DNA of 64,000 bases from an uncultured Clostridia bacterium (GCA_944383355.1 CALWPF010000002.1:1550-65549), one strand, 5' to 3'. Shown: positions 1 to 11,071, counted from the stretch's first letter. Translations and numbers: made by a program. Notes: generated by a model not told the origin, from the letters alone.

Positions 1-1386
1 ACCCCATATCTATATCTTGGTTCCGAGAACGAACCCACAACAGGTATTGCATTCTTTGATAACTGTCGACTAGTATCAAGCACTGCAAGTGAATTTGATG
101 AGGCTATAGTAGATAATGAGACTATTTACAAGTTAAATTTAACCACAGATACCTTTGATTCTAGCGTAAGTACCCAAAATAATGTTGGCTCACCAGCGAT
201 GTGGGAAGGTACATTAGATCCAAACAGTTTGTCAACATATGATGTAGCAGAAATGGCTGGTATTATAAACACAAACAACCTAGACGGTACACCTGTTTAT
301 GCAAGTCCTACTACAACAAAAAATGAAAATTTATTATTTATCTACGCTGATAATGATTCCTACTACTACTTTACCAATAAACTTCCTTATACATTAACTG
401 CAGAAAGTTATTATAAATTAACTGTTTCGGTAAAAACAGTCTTATTATCGCAAAATCAAGATAATGCTTTACTGGCAGATGATTCCAGCACTATCCCATA
501 TGGAGCTAGTATAATTGTAAATGGCATAGAGGGAGCACTGTTTACTGGTATAGATACTACTCCAACAGATAAAGACGGTAACAAAGTAACCTATAGTAGC
601 AATATTGATGCATTTAATGACGAGAATAATCAATTCGTTGAGTATGTAATGTACTTCTGCCCTAGCGAAGATACAGAAATAACAGTACAATTAGCTTTGG
701 GTAGCTTAGATGCGATGACTAGTGGATTTGTATTCTTTGACAACTTTACTCTAGAGAATATAACTGGCGACACATATAACAATGAAATGAGCGAATACGA
801 AAGCGAAGATGACTACCCTGAGAATATAATTTCTCTAGTAAATGCTACTACTAATGCTGAAGATACAGAAGAAACCTATGACCCTAACTTTGATTGGGTT
901 GCAATACCTACAGTTATAATAGCAATCGCTGTAGTGGTAGCTGTCGTAGGCTTTAGTATCAAGAGACTTCGTGAAAAGCGTGCAGAAACAGTATCTGTTA
1001 GCACCAACTATGATCGAGTTGAGACCCTATTAAAAGATGTAAGCAGACGAGATAGAGCTAATGCTATTAATCAAAAATTACGCAATCTAAATGAAGAATT
1101 GGCAATGACTGAGAAATTCTTAAAAGAAGAAACTGAAGAATTTAAGAAAGAACAAGAAGAATATGCTACAGCACAGGAAATTGCTAGTGATACTGGTATA
1201 GAAATAGAAGGACCAGAAAGAGAGGAAAAAGATCATGCAAAAACAATTGAACAATTAAATGAAAATATAGTTCAAATAAAACGTGATATAGAAATTCTCG
1301 AAATGGAAAAAGCAAAGATAAAGAAACAAGAAGAAAAAGATATTCAAAAAGCCCGCAAAGACAGAGTGATAAAAAAGCGTAAATAA
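1..1386 (+). CDS. C-terminal part of a large membrane-anchored surface protein (5' end off-window)
   Basis: Frame 1 is open from base 1, with no stop before the listed ATG at 199, so the gene begins upstream of the window. Two beta-rich modules each end in an FFDN motif (GIAFFDNCRLV, GFVFFDNFTLENI). One TM helix (WVAIPTVIIAIAVVVAVVGFSI) is followed by a ~150-aa K/E-rich coiled-coil-like tail ending KKRK. Confidence 0.7.
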   Translation, partial: TPYLYLGSENEPTTGIAFFDNCRLVSSTASEFDEAIVDNETIYKLNLTTDTFDSSVSTQNNVGSPAMWEGTLDPNSLSTYDVAEMAGIINTNNLDGTPVYASPTTTKNENLLFIYADNDSYYYFTNKLPYTLTAESYYKLTVSVKTVLLSQNQDNALLADDSSTIPYGASIIVNGIEGALFTGIDTTPTDKDGNKVTYSSNIDAFNDENNQFVEYVMYFCPSEDTEITVQLALGSLDAMTSGFVFFDNFTLENITGDTYNNEMSEYESEDDYPENIISLVNATTNAEDTEETYDPNFDWVAIPTVIIAIAVVVAVVGFSIKRLREKRAETVSVSTNYDRVETLLKDVSRRDRANAINQKLRNLNEELAMTEKFLKEETEEFKKEQEEYATAQEIASDTGIEIEGPEREEKDHAKTIEQLNENIVQIKRDIEILEMEKAKIKKQEEKDIQKARKDRVIKKRK

Positions 1387-1393
1387 CTAGAAA

Positions 1394-1428
1394 ATACAGA
1401 GTAACACGAAAGTACTCTGTATTTTTTT
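1394..1428. terminator. Bidirectional rho-independent terminator between convergent genes
   Basis: Stem atacagagta (1394-1403) pairs with tactctgtat (1413-1422). It is followed by a T7 run and flanked by an A run on the other side. It sits between the stop of the + strand gene and the stop of uvrA. Confidence 0.6.
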
Positions 1429-4258
1429 ACTTTTTACTTTTTTCCAAGACTGATGCCAAGAATCTACCCGTCTCACTATTCGCTGATTTGGCTACTTCCT
1501 CGGGTGTCCCTGTGACAACTACATTACCACCATATTTTCCACCTTCTGGTCCCATATCTATAATGTAATCAGCGACTTTTATAACATCTAAGTTGTGCTC
1601 TATAACTATTACTGTATTACCTGCATCTACCAATCTTTGCAAAATACTCACCAATTTATCAACATCATACATATGCAACCCAGTAGTCGGTTCATCAAGT
1701 ATATAAACAGTTTTGCCAGTGCTTCTCTTTGACAACTCAGTAGCTAATTTAACTCTCTGAGCCTCTCCCCCACTCAATAGAGTAGCTGGTTGCCCCAACT
1801 TTATATATCCCAAGCCAACATCATACAATGTTTGAATTTTATTCAAAATTTGGCTATGATTTTCAAAATATGTCAAAGCCTCCTCTACAGTCATTTCCAA
1901 TACATCATATAGTGATTTACCTTTATATTTGACCTCCAGAGTTTCTTTATTGTAACGTCTGCCTTTACAATCTTCACAAGGTACATATAAATCAGGCAAA
2001 AAATACATTTCTATCTTTTTTATACCATCACCACAGCAAGTTTCACAACGACCACCGGATATGTTAAAACTAAATCTACCAGCTTGATATCCACGCTCTT
2101 TTGCACTTGGTGTAGATGCAAAAAGCTCTCTTATTTGAGTAAATACTCCAGTATAGGTAGCAGGATTTGAACGTGGTGTCCTCCCTATTGGGTCTTGATC
2201 AATTGCAATTACTTTATCAACATACTCCAATCCTTCAATTTTTTTGTACCTACCTTCACGCATTGTGCTGTGATTGAGTCTATTGGATAACGCTGGATAT
2301 AAGATATCTGTAATTAAACTGCTCTTGCCACTACCACTTACTCCAGTAACAACAGTCAGCAATCCAACAGGAAATTTTACATCTAAGTTTCGTAAATTAT
2401 TTTCTGCCGCTCCTCTGACAGTTATATATTTACCGTTAGGCTTGCGTCTAACAGGTGGCAATGCTACTCTCTTCTTTCCAGATAAGTATTGTCCAGTAAT
2501 TGATTTAGGTTCGTCTATTATATCTTGGACACTGCCGCATGCCACCAAATTACCGCCATGTATACCTGCATTTGGCCCTATATCTACTATGTAATCAGCC
2601 TCTCTAATGGTATCTTCATCATGTTCTACCACTATTAATGTATTGTCCAAATCACGTAATTTCTTTAGTGTACCAATTAGTTTTTCATTATCTCTTTGGT
2701 GTAAGCCTATACTAGGCTCATCTAGAATATACACAACTCCAGTGAGACCACTACCTATTTGTGTAGCTAATCTAATACGCTGGGACTCACCACCCGATAA
2801 TGTGCTAGCACTCCTTGCTAAAGTTAAATAATTTAAACCAACATCACACAAAAATGTCAATCGAGCATTAATCTCTTGAATAATAGGGTTAGCAATAATT
2901 TGTTTTGCCTCGGGTAATTTTAAATTCTTAAAAAAAGTTAGCAATTCATCAATATCCATATTGGTGAGTTGTGTAATATTCTTTTTCCCAACAGTAACAG
3001 CTAAGGCAATATCACGTAGTCGCTCACCATTACAAACTTTACAAGGCTTATCTCGCATATATTTGGCTATTTCACCCTTTACATACTCACTTGTAGTTTC
3101 TTTATAACGTCTAGCCAAATTATTAATTATTCCCTCAAATGACCCACGCATATTACCAGAGAATCGTTTTGTACTCCATTCTAAGTCCAATTCCTCTCCG
3201 CAATTACCATAAAGCAAAATATTCTTTATATCCTCTGGTAAATCTTTGTATGGTACATCAAGGCTAAAATGGTATTTATTGCTCAAAGCCTCAAAATAAG
3301 GAGCACTAAATAAACTGTTATCTATATTCCAACCAGAGACATTTAATGCGCCCTCTCGAATACTCTTGTTTGGGTCTTTGACTATTAAATTGGGATCAAT
3401 CTCTGTAGTAAAACCAAGTCCGTGACACTCTGGACAAGCACCAAATGGATTATTAAAACTAAACAATCTAGGAGTGATCTCATCAAAACTAATATTGCAA
3501 TGTTGACAAGCAAACTTATTACTATACAATTGCTCACTGTTTGGAGTAACTATAGCAACTAGTCCATCGGCAGTCTTAGTTGCGGTCTCAACAGCTTCAG
3601 TCAGCCTATTCTCTATGCCATCTTTTAGAATAATTCTGTCTACCACGACTGAGATCGTATGCTTTTTGTTTTTATCTAACTTAATATCCTCATCAAGTGT
3701 GTACATTTTGCCATCAATATCGACTCTGGCAAATCCAGACTTTTTAAAGCCCTCTAGCGTCTTTGCGTGTTCACCCTTTTGTCCTCTAATCACAGGTGCT
3801 AAAACAATTATTTTTTCACCATTTGGATAATTCTTTATAACATTATCTACTATGTTATCAACACTTTGAGGGCTAATTTCTCTACCACATTTTGGACAAT
3901 GTGGAGTACCTACTCTAGCAAATAATAGTCTCAAATAATCATAAATCTCAGTTACCGTACCTACAGTACTACGGGGATTATTTGATGTAGTTTTTTGGTC
4001 AATACTTATAGCAGGGCTCAATCCATCAATGCTATCAATGTCTGGTTTTTGCATCTGTCCCAAAAATTGCCTAGCATAGCTAGACAATGATTCTATATAT
4101 CGTCTCTGTCCTTCGGCAAAAATGGTATCAAAAGCAAGTGTGGATTTACCACTCCCGCTTACACCAGTAAAAACAACCAACTTATTCCTTGGAATAGTTA
4201 GGCTGATATTTTTTAAGTTATTTTCTCTAGCACCTTTAATTATTATATCTTTTTGCAT
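1427..4258 (-). CDS. uvrA: Excinuclease ABC subunit A
   Basis: 943 aa. Two ABC ATPase modules have Walker A motifs (GVSGSGKST and GVSGSGKSS) and signatures ([16 protein letters not shown]). Zinc-finger Cys clusters are present ([23 protein letters not shown]). The ATG directly follows the uvrB stop (TAGATG). Confidence 0.97.
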   Translation of the reverse strand: MQKDIIIKGARENNLKNISLTIPRNKLVVFTGVSGSGKSTLAFDTIFAEGQRRYIESLSSYARQFLGQMQKPDIDSIDGLSPAISIDQKTTSNNPRSTVGTVTEIYDYLRLLFARVGTPHCPKCGREISPQSVDNIVDNVIKNYPNGEKIIVLAPVIRGQKGEHAKTLEGFKKSGFARVDIDGKMYTLDEDIKLDKNKKHTISVVVDRIILKDGIENRLTEAVETATKTADGLVAIVTPNSEQLYSNKFACQHCNISFDEITPRLFSFNNPFGACPECHGLGFTTEIDPNLIVKDPNKSIREGALNVSGWNIDNSLFSAPYFEALSNKYHFSLDVPYKDLPEDIKNILLYGNCGEELDLEWSTKRFSGNMRGSFEGIINNLARRYKETTSEYVKGEIAKYMRDKPCKVCNGERLRDIALAVTVGKKNITQLTNMDIDELLTFFKNLKLPEAKQIIANPIIQEINARLTFLCDVGLNYLTLARSASTLSGGESQRIRLATQIGSGLTGVVYILDEPSIGLHQRDNEKLIGTLKKLRDLDNTLIVVEHDEDTIREADYIVDIGPNAGIHGGNLVACGSVQDIIDEPKSITGQYLSGKKRVALPPVRRKPNGKYITVRGAAENNLRNLDVKFPVGLLTVVTGVSGSGKSSLITDILYPALSNRLNHSTMREGRYKKIEGLEYVDKVIAIDQDPIGRTPRSNPATYTGVFTQIRELFASTPSAKERGYQAGRFSFNISGGRCETCCGDGIKKIEMYFLPDLYVPCEDCKGRRYNKETLEVKYKGKSLYDVLEMTVEEALTYFENHSQILNKIQTLYDVGLGYIKLGQPATLLSGGEAQRVKLATELSKRSTGKTVYILDEPTTGLHMYDVDKLVSILQRLVDAGNTVIVIEHNLDVIKVADYIIDMGPEGGKYGGNVVVTGTPEEVAKSANSETGRFLASVLEKSKK

Positions 4259-6217
4259 CTATTTTTCCTCTTTTAACATCTTGCGCAGAGTGCTCAATTG
4301 CTCTCGTAACTCTATGGCGCGCTCAAAATCCAAAGCTTTACTCGCCGCACTCATCAAAGCTTTGATCTTTTCAATTTCTTTTGTTATTTCTTTTTTGCTA
4401 CTATTATCATTTATCTCGACACTCTTAGTTATTTCTAGCGTATTTGTAATATCTTTAATAATGGTTTTTGGAATAATTCCATGTTTTTTATTGTATTCAT
4501 CTTGAATAACACGGCGTCTACTCGTTGTATCAATAGCTTTTTGCATACTATCAGTTATTGTATCAGCATACATAATAACTTTTGCATCACTATTCCTAGC
4601 CGCTCTACCAATTATCTGGATAAGAGAACGATCACTCCGTAAAAAACCTTCTTTATCTGCATCAAGTATAGCAACTAATTGCACTTCTGGTAGATCAAGT
4701 CCTTCCCTAAGTAAGTTAATGCCAACCAAACAATCAAACTCACCCGCACGCAAAGCATTTACTATCGCAATCCTCTCTAGAGTATCTATTTCGCTATGTA
4801 AATACCGTACCTTGATACCATGCTCTAGTAAAAAACTCGTTAGGTCTTCTGCCATTCTTTTTGTAAGCGTTGTTACTAAAATTCTTCCGTTTTTATCTAC
4901 AACCTTAAAGATCTCTGACATTAAATCATCAATTTGCATTTTTGTGGGTCTTACCTCAACTACAGGATCTAGCAAACCTGTAGGTCTGATAATTTGCTCT
5001 ACAACTTGACTACTAGTCTGTAATTCATAGTCTCCTGGAGTGGCAGAAACATAAATCATCTGGCCTACTTTTGCATCAAACTCATCAAATGTAAGTGGTC
5101 TATTGTCAAATGCTGCTGGTAATCTAAATCCATAATCCACCAAAGTTTTCTTTCTTGCTCTATCTCCATTATACATACCACGCACTTGTGGTAGTGTAAT
5201 ATGAGATTCATCTACAAATGTTATAAAATCACTAGGGAAATAGTCTAACAGAACATATGGAGGCTCACCAGGCTGGCGTCCATCAAAATACCTAGAATAG
5301 TTTTCGATACCGTTACAATATCCCATTTCCTCTATCATTTCAATATCATGTGCCACTCGCTCACTTAAACGTTGTGCTTCTATTAACTTATTTTGTTGTT
5401 TAAATAACTCTATCTGTTCATCTGCATCTTGTCGAATTTGGGCTAACGCACGTTTTGTCATTTCATCACTAGCATTAAAGTGTGTAGCAGGTAATAAGAG
5501 AAAGTGTTCTAGAGTATTGATCATTCTGCCACTAACTGGATCAAATTCATATATACGCTCAACTGTGTCTCCAAAAAATTCTACTCTCACCGCTATTTCG
5601 CTACTATAAGATGGAAATATATCCAAAACATCACCCTTTAACCTAAAAGAAGAACGTTGAAAGTCATCATTTTTTCTTTCGTAGTGCATTGAAATTAATT
5701 TCCTTACCACTTCTCGTAAATCAATTTCTTGATTTGGTCTAAGAGTCAAGCCATTGTTGTAATAAGCCTCTGGATTACCTAAACCATATATACATGATAC
5801 AGATGCAACCACAATCACATCACGCCTCTCCAATAGCGAGCAAGTAGCTGAGTGGCGCAATTTATCAATTTCATCATTCATTGACATATCTTTCTCTATA
5901 TATGTGTCTGTGCTTGGTATATACGCCTCGGGTTGATAATAATCATAATAACTGACAAAAAACTCTACTCTATTCTCTGGAAAGAATTCTCTAAACTCGT
6001 TACATAATTGAGCAGCTAAAGTTTTGTTATGCGCCAAAACCAAAGCAGGTCTATTTAAATTTGCTATAATATTAGCCATCGTGAATGTTTTACCACTACC
6101 AGTTACCCCTAATAATACCTGAGAACGTAAACCATCGTTTACACCTTCGGTAAGTTTTTGTATTGCATCTGGTTGATCACCAGTTGGCTTATATTTTGAA
6201 TGTAATTTAAAATCCAC
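4259..6217 (-). CDS. uvrB: Excinuclease ABC subunit B
   Basis: 652 aa with helicase motif I ([10 protein letters not shown]), a DESH box ([11 protein letters not shown]) and a C-terminal UVR domain ([14 protein letters not shown]). GTG start at 6217 with a GGAGG RBS 6 nt upstream. Confidence 0.97.
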   Translation of the reverse strand: MDFKLHSKYKPTGDQPDAIQKLTEGVNDGLRSQVLLGVTGSGKTFTMANIIANLNRPALVLAHNKTLAAQLCNEFREFFPENRVEFFVSYYDYYQPEAYIPSTDTYIEKDMSMNDEIDKLRHSATCSLLERRDVIVVASVSCIYGLGNPEAYYNNGLTLRPNQEIDLREVVRKLISMHYERKNDDFQRSSFRLKGDVLDIFPSYSSEIAVRVEFFGDTVERIYEFDPVSGRMINTLEHFLLLPATHFNASDEMTKRALAQIRQDADEQIELFKQQNKLIEAQRLSERVAHDIEMIEEMGYCNGIENYSRYFDGRQPGEPPYVLLDYFPSDFITFVDESHITLPQVRGMYNGDRARKKTLVDYGFRLPAAFDNRPLTFDEFDAKVGQMIYVSATPGDYELQTSSQVVEQIIRPTGLLDPVVEVRPTKMQIDDLMSEIFKVVDKNGRILVTTLTKRMAEDLTSFLLEHGIKVRYLHSEIDTLERIAIVNALRAGEFDCLVGINLLREGLDLPEVQLVAILDADKEGFLRSDRSLIQIIGRAARNSDAKVIMYADTITDSMQKAIDTTSRRRVIQDEYNKKHGIIPKTIIKDITNTLEITKSVEINDNSSKKEITKEIEKIKALMSAASKALDFERAIELREQLSTLRKMLKEEK

Positions 6218-6247
6218 AATATTCCTCCGAACTGCCTATGTAAGTAA

Positions 6248-6276
6248 ATTATATCACCAATGTTATGTATTTGCAA
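6248..6276 (-). promoter_or_regulatory. Sigma-A type promoter of uvrBA
   Basis: On the minus strand this reads TTGCAA (6276-6271), a 17-nt spacer, then TATAAT (6253-6248). It lies about 30 nt upstream of the uvrB GTG. Confidence 0.5.
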
Positions 6277-6292
6277 TAAATTTATGTAATAT

Positions 6293-6305
6293 GAGACATT
6301 TGTTC
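6293..6305. promoter_or_regulatory. Weak candidate LexA (Cheo) box
   Basis: The minus strand reads GAAC-AAAT-GTCT against the Firmicutes consensus GAAC-N4-GTTC. The left half-site is perfect and the right half-site is imperfect. It lies 17 nt upstream of the -35. uvrBA is a classical SOS operon in Bacillus subtilis. Confidence 0.25.
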
Positions 6306-6325
6306 TAATTTTATTTTCTGTAAAT

Positions 6326-6357
6326 AAAAAAGATATGTGAAGTTACATATCTTTTTT
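6326..6357 (-). terminator. Rho-independent terminator of the 1130-aa surface protein gene
   Basis: Stem agatatgt (6331-6338) pairs with acatatct (6345-6352) around a 6-nt loop. A/T extensions give a U-run on the minus-strand transcript. Confidence 0.6.
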
Positions 6358-6374
6358 ATGTTTTTATCTAGCAA

Positions 6375-9300
6375 CTATTTGCTATCTTTATTGTCAGTCT
6401 TTGATGTGTTTTCATCACTCTTTTTCTTACTTGTGTCTAGGCTCACTTTTGACTTTGTAGGCTTAACAAAGAAGTAAATTACAACACCTAGGATTACAAG
6501 TGCCAATACAATCAATACTGTTCCCCATACTGTTGTACTATTTACAGGGGTACTTGCATCAGAAGTTACAGTAAATGTCCTAGTAATTACATCTGAAGTA
6601 TTACCAGCAGTGTCCTTACAACTAAAACTGATTACATATGTACCAGCAGTCTCTAGGTTCACAGTAATAGACTCAGCATCACTTGCACGAGTAAAGTCAA
6701 CAGCAGTACCATCACATGTTATACTAATATCAACATCAGTATAATCCAAACTGTCTTCATTCTCGGTTACTGTGATTTGTGTTAAGTCTATTGTAAGTGG
6801 AGTACCAACACGCATTGATTGTGTCAAATCCAAGTTACCTAATGAAATTTGTGGAGGTGTATTGTCACCAATCTCAAATGTGATAGACTTTTCTGCAACA
6901 TTTCCTTCGTTATCCTCCAATGTATATGTAGCTATGATTTTACCATCTTTTGTAGCTACAACACTATTCTCATTGTCTGCATCTTCGTATGTAAATGTTG
7001 CTAAAGGCTCATCAGCATCTGCATATTGTACGACAATCTTTAGACTACTCATATTAACACCGCTACCAATATATCCAGCAGCATTGTCATTAATGGTAGA
7101 AGCATCAAACCAAGGTATAACCACTTTGTTTAACTCTTCTAACGTAGTTTCCTGACCCTCTGGCACTTGGTCATAGAATGGTTGTGTACGATTAGCGTCA
7201 CCGCCCACAATACCAAATACAGGAGCCAAAGTATCGCTAACGGTAATAGTAATTTCATTTGAACCATTTAAATCATAGTAACGATTAACTGTACCTGTAT
7301 TTGATACATTAACTGCCCAAGCCTTTACTGTTATATCCTCACTAACGACAATTGATTGATTATTGAGTATGTCTGCAGGATTACCAACAATACCTATCAA
7401 CAAAGTACTCTCAGTAGCAGTACTCAAAATACTCTCTACAGCAGTTCTCACTCTATCTTGATAATCACTTGAAGTCTCAGTATCTAACTTTGTAGGCAAA
7501 GTAACAATTTGAGGAGTGTAACGAACACGCTCACCATTTAGGTATGTTGTAATACCAGAATAAAGGTTAATAGTTTGACCATATTCCGCAGTAGCCTCTA
7601 AATTCATTCTAATACTTGGTTGGGCATCAGAATTTGAGTTCACCTCTATTGCTAAAACAGCCATATTACCATTTTCATCTGTAGCGACATAGGTAATAGT
7701 ATAAGTACCAGCCTCATTCAAGGCAAATGAGTACTCACCATCAGTGATGCTAGCAGTTTTACCTGTTGCATACTTTGTAAACATAGTGCCTGTAGGCACA
7801 CCATCTCTACTAATTATAACTTGTAATTTAACATTGCTCTCAGTGTCAGTAGCAGATATACCAGGTATCTCTACAACGTCACCACGAACACGCTCACCCC
7901 ATGTCGCATCTAATGTAGAAACTGTAGAGCTACTCCTATCCAATGTAGGTGCGGTCTTGTCATTTGAACTGTCACTTATAAATACCTGTACTAATTCTGA
8001 CTCACCAGTATTACCAAAGTCATTTGTTGCGGTACCAAATATGTACAACGAACTAGCAGTTGCCTCGTTTGAAACTGTAATAACATAGTTACCATTCTCA
8101 TCGATAATAGCATCACGAGCTTGTGTTTTTTCTTCGCCCTCATAGTAGTATTTTACATGCAATTCCATATTGGTATCTACAATGTTTGCTCTATCTTCGT
8201 CATAATCGTTGGCAACTATAGCGACACTAAACTCATCACCTTTTTGCACGCTATTAGGGGCATTACTAATACTCACCTCTGGAAGTGCGGTGTGGGTGAA
8301 ATTATCCTCAACAACCACTCTAAATGTGGACAAAGAGACTCTAATTGATGTATCACTAGTATAGGATACAGAATAGTTTATAGAATATGTACCTGCTCTA
8401 TCAAAAATTTTTGTACAAGCCTCATTCGCTGGCTCACTGAAATATGTTGTAGCACCGTTGAAAGTATATGAACGAGTAAATGTTAGGTCATCATAATCAC
8501 CAAAACCAATACCAAAAATTGCTGGAAGGGTTACAGCTGTATCGGTGTCTGTAGCAATTTTTGTAGGGACAGTGTATGAAATGTTTTCCAAATCATCAAA
8601 ATTCTCTTTCATGTTAACAACATCATCGGTAGAATATGGTGCTACCATCTTAACTTGAAGAGAACTACTGGTCAAACTAGCTGTTTTTATATTCAAAGAC
8701 CTTGTATAAGTGTGACCATAAAAATCAGTCACCTTATAAGTAATACGATACTGTCCTGCTTGCGTAGGTGTATACTTGAAATTAGTAATAGTTTCACCCT
8801 CTGACCATGTCCCATTCTCTAGGTGCTGGATAGTTATATCCGTGTGAACATCTATCTCATTATTTGCATCTTTTGTATTAACAACAGTAGGAACAGGTAA
8901 ATCAGTTTCTACACCTAACTCCAGTGTAATACTATCTGTAGAAGGACTAAATGATTGTATGTACAATTCAACATCTTCATTTTGATCAAATGAGTCAGTA
9001 CTTACTACATTGATAGTCTTACTCTGTGATATTGTGTATCCATCTTCACTAACATAAACATATCTTACGGTATAATTACCATAAATTACATCATTACTTG
9101 GTACTGTATACTGCATTGCACCTTCTACTTCACTCAATATGCACTCCTCAGACCTAGGGTTGAGTAAGGTAATAGTAGTGGTACCACGGGTACCGTGTGT
9201 ATCAGCAGCAGGAATTACAGTATTGTCCTCATCAGCCAAAACTATATCTGGGTATGCAAATCTCAATGTTGTACCAGGATTAACTCTAGTAGGTATAATC

Positions 9301-9767
9301 TCGTTGGCTGCAGGATTCTCTGCAAACTGAAAACTAGGGATATATCCCTCAAATGTAATTGTAACATCTTGTGATGTAACTACTCCATCATCACTTGTAA
9401 CAGAATAAGTTAAAACATATGTACCTAATCTCTTATCAGGGCAGAACATATTTACATTGCCCTCATTATAAGATACATTTTGGTGAACAGAACTTGTATA
9501 ATTCTGTCCAGCAATATTCTTTGCGGTAATATTAAGTGTACCACCAGACACTGTCGCACTAGGTATAATCACACCAGTGTAATCCCCAGCTGTAATCACA
9601 TCTGTACTGTCGTAAGTAGTCTGAACATCACTCAGTGACAGTGTGTTGCCTAAAAAATTGGTAGATGCTGCTGTAACACTAACTGCTATAGATGGACTCA
9701 AAATACCAAATGACAACACCATAGCAAATGCTGCGAACATCACTCCTAACTTGCCTAAAATTTTCAT
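6375..9767 (-). CDS. Large surface protein with repeated Ig-like modules and a C-terminal TM anchor
   Basis: 1130 aa. N-terminal signal peptide (MKILGKLGVMFAAFAMVLSFGILSPSIAVSVTAAS). At least 7 repeats share the pattern G-x-Y-x-(I/V)-x-Y-x-(V/A)-x-D-x-x-G-N (for example GTYTITYVATDENGNMAV and GTYVISFSCKDTAGNTS). C-terminal TM (VWGTVLIVLALVILGVVIYFFV) plus a 35-aa K/S/D-rich tail. AGGAG RBS. Confidence 0.85.
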   Translation of the reverse strand: MKILGKLGVMFAAFAMVLSFGILSPSIAVSVTAASTNFLGNTLSLSDVQTTYDSTDVITAGDYTGVIIPSATVSGGTLNITAKNIAGQNYTSSVHQNVSYNEGNVNMFCPDKRLGTYVLTYSVTSDDGVVTSQDVTITFEGYIPSFQFAENPAANEIIPTRVNPGTTLRFAYPDIVLADEDNTVIPAADTHGTRGTTTITLLNPRSEECILSEVEGAMQYTVPSNDVIYGNYTVRYVYVSEDGYTISQSKTINVVSTDSFDQNEDVELYIQSFSPSTDSITLELGVETDLPVPTVVNTKDANNEIDVHTDITIQHLENGTWSEGETITNFKYTPTQAGQYRITYKVTDFYGHTYTRSLNIKTASLTSSSLQVKMVAPYSTDDVVNMKENFDDLENISYTVPTKIATDTDTAVTLPAIFGIGFGDYDDLTFTRSYTFNGATTYFSEPANEACTKIFDRAGTYSINYSVSYTSDTSIRVSLSTFRVVVEDNFTHTALPEVSISNAPNSVQKGDEFSVAIVANDYDEDRANIVDTNMELHVKYYYEGEEKTQARDAIIDENGNYVITVSNEATASSLYIFGTATNDFGNTGESELVQVFISDSSNDKTAPTLDRSSSTVSTLDATWGERVRGDVVEIPGISATDTESNVKLQVIISRDGVPTGTMFTKYATGKTASITDGEYSFALNEAGTYTITYVATDENGNMAVLAIEVNSNSDAQPSIRMNLEATAEYGQTINLYSGITTYLNGERVRYTPQIVTLPTKLDTETSSDYQDRVRTAVESILSTATESTLLIGIVGNPADILNNQSIVVSEDITVKAWAVNVSNTGTVNRYYDLNGSNEITITVSDTLAPVFGIVGGDANRTQPFYDQVPEGQETTLEELNKVVIPWFDASTINDNAAGYIGSGVNMSSLKIVVQYADADEPLATFTYEDADNENSVVATKDGKIIATYTLEDNEGNVAEKSITFEIGDNTPPQISLGNLDLTQSMRVGTPLTIDLTQITVTENEDSLDYTDVDISITCDGTAVDFTRASDAESITVNLETAGTYVISFSCKDTAGNTSDVITRTFTVTSDASTPVNSTTVWGTVLIVLALVILGVVIYFFVKPTKSKVSLDTSKKKSDENTSKTDNKDSK

Positions 9768-9804
9768 GAAAAGTCTCCTTGTGATTTAAGTAATTAACAT
9801 TGAT

Positions 9805-9833
9805 ATTGTATCTCATTGATTGTTTTTTGTCAA
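9805..9833 (-). promoter_or_regulatory. Consensus sigma-A promoter of the 1130-aa surface protein gene
   Basis: The minus strand reads TTGACA (9833-9828), 17 nt, then TACAAT (9810-9805). It lies about 38 nt upstream of the ATG at 9767. Confidence 0.6.
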
Positions 9834-9939
9834 CGAATATAACGACAAATTTTTTAAAACCTGCTGAGATATTACAACCAAAATATCACATTTACATTTT
9901 TTGCTGAACACTATTTTTTATGCTGTCGAAAAAACACGA

Positions 9940-9969
9940 AAAAGAAAAGGCCCAGCTTTTTGCTGAGCC
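9940..9969 (-). terminator. Rho-independent terminator of the Cys-rich miniprotein gene
   Basis: The minus-strand RNA reads GGCUCAGC-AAAAA-GCUGGGCC, an 8-bp stem with one G-U pair, followed by UUUUCUUUUU. It lies 9 nt after the stop codon. Confidence 0.6.
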
Positions 9970-9977
9970 TCCTATCT

Positions 9978-10193
9978 TTACTCACAATCGTAGTTGCAAC
10001 CTTTTTTCTTGAAGCAAACACAGAAGAATAGTAACAAAATTAAAATTGTACACAGGTCAAGACCACAGTTGAATATACCACAATTCATTAATACATATAC
10101 AATTACTAAAAGTGTAAGTACATCACAGCTACTGTTCTTTCCCATGTTACCGCATCCGCAGTTATCCATTCCGCAAAATAATTTGCCAAACAT
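9978..10193 (-). CDS. 71-aa cysteine-rich hydrophobic miniprotein
   Basis: AGGAGG RBS 7 nt upstream of the ATG, and its own terminator. 11 Cys in 71 aa are arranged as CG, CGC and CxC clusters around two hydrophobic stretches (VLTLLVIVYVLM, LCTILILLLFFCVCF). It is on the same strand as all neighbouring genes. Confidence 0.6.
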   Translation of the reverse strand: MFGKLFCGMDNCGCGNMGKNSSCDVLTLLVIVYVLMNCGIFNCGLDLCTILILLLFFCVCFKKKGCNYDCE

Positions 10194-10321
10194 CTTTTGA
10201 ACCTCCTAATTTGAAAGTAAATCAACAATTGAGAAATTTCTCTATGTAGTTATCATTTGTACATAAATTTCTTTAGCACTCCACTCTACATAGCCAGTTT
10301 ATTAAAATACATACCAAAATG

Positions 10322-11017
10322 TTACAAATTTTTTGCCAAAATTTCGCCCGTCTCTGTATCAATTATATATGTTAGGATTTTACCATTATTAATTACAATA
10401 TTAACACACCAAAAATATTTTTCAAGCATGGGCATTTTATTAATTACCTGCACATAACATTCAAATCCTAATGACAAATTTTCTGTAGCTGATAAAATTT
10501 CATTGACGCTGTTAGTAGCAATGTTGGATAACGCTGTAGAATACTCTATTAAAAAAATATTAGATAAGCATGTCATTTTTGCCACCTCTGTATTATCTCT
10601 CAACTTAATATATACAAAGATAGTATCATCTTCTTTCAAACTAGTGCAAAAATCAGCAGCCAATGTCCCATCAAAAGGGCTCTCATCAAAAGCTCCCTCA
10701 TAAGTTTTACCATTTAATTCAACACAATACTCAATCTCGTCAGCCTGCGTATTACTACTCTTAGGAGTAATGGAAACAATAGAATAGGTAACTTTTTCTT
10801 CGCTTATTCCATTTAATTCATATGGTTTCTCACGTTCTCCGCCAAATACTTCTACATAATAGTTTTGTGTCTCCCCTATAAAATACGAAGTGCAAAACTC
10901 AGATATATTTGTTTGCAATTTTTGATTTAAATCTTGATCACAGCCACCAAACATAAATACACAAATTAGCAAGGACAACAATACTATTTTCTTACTCTTA
11001 TATGTCAAATTTTTCAT
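10322..11017 (-). CDS. Putative lipoprotein, unknown function
   Basis: 231 aa. The signal peptide ends in a lipobox (LLICVFMFGGC). No recognisable catalytic motifs. The C-terminal end (IIDTETGEILAKNL) is faintly PepSY-like. Confidence 0.7.
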   Translation of the reverse strand: MKNLTYKSKKIVLLSLLICVFMFGGCDQDLNQKLQTNISEFCTSYFIGETQNYYVEVFGGEREKPYELNGISEEKVTYSIVSITPKSSNTQADEIEYCVELNGKTYEGAFDESPFDGTLAADFCTSLKEDDTIFVYIKLRDNTEVAKMTCLSNIFLIEYSTALSNIATNSVNEILSATENLSLGFECYVQVINKMPMLEKYFWCVNIVINNGKILTYIIDTETGEILAKNL

Positions 11018-11071
11018 AAGATAATATATTATCTTTAATAACTCAGTTATGACAGTATAGTAAAATATTTA

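Noticed and set aside
2274-5009. Plus-strand ORFs of 71-127 aa inside uvrA and uvrB (2274-2594, 2607-2831, 3615-3830, 4122-4505, 4719-5009)
   Set aside because: They are antisense to two unambiguous, motif-rich genes. They have low-complexity L/S/P/F-rich translations, no RBS and no known motifs. They are typical shadow ORFs of AT-rich coding DNA.
9994-10200. Plus-strand 68-aa ORF overlapping the Cys-rich miniprotein gene
   Set aside because: It has a TTG start without an RBS, and no terminator follows it. The minus-strand ORF has an AGGAGG RBS at ideal spacing plus a terminator, and it shares its orientation with all neighbouring genes.
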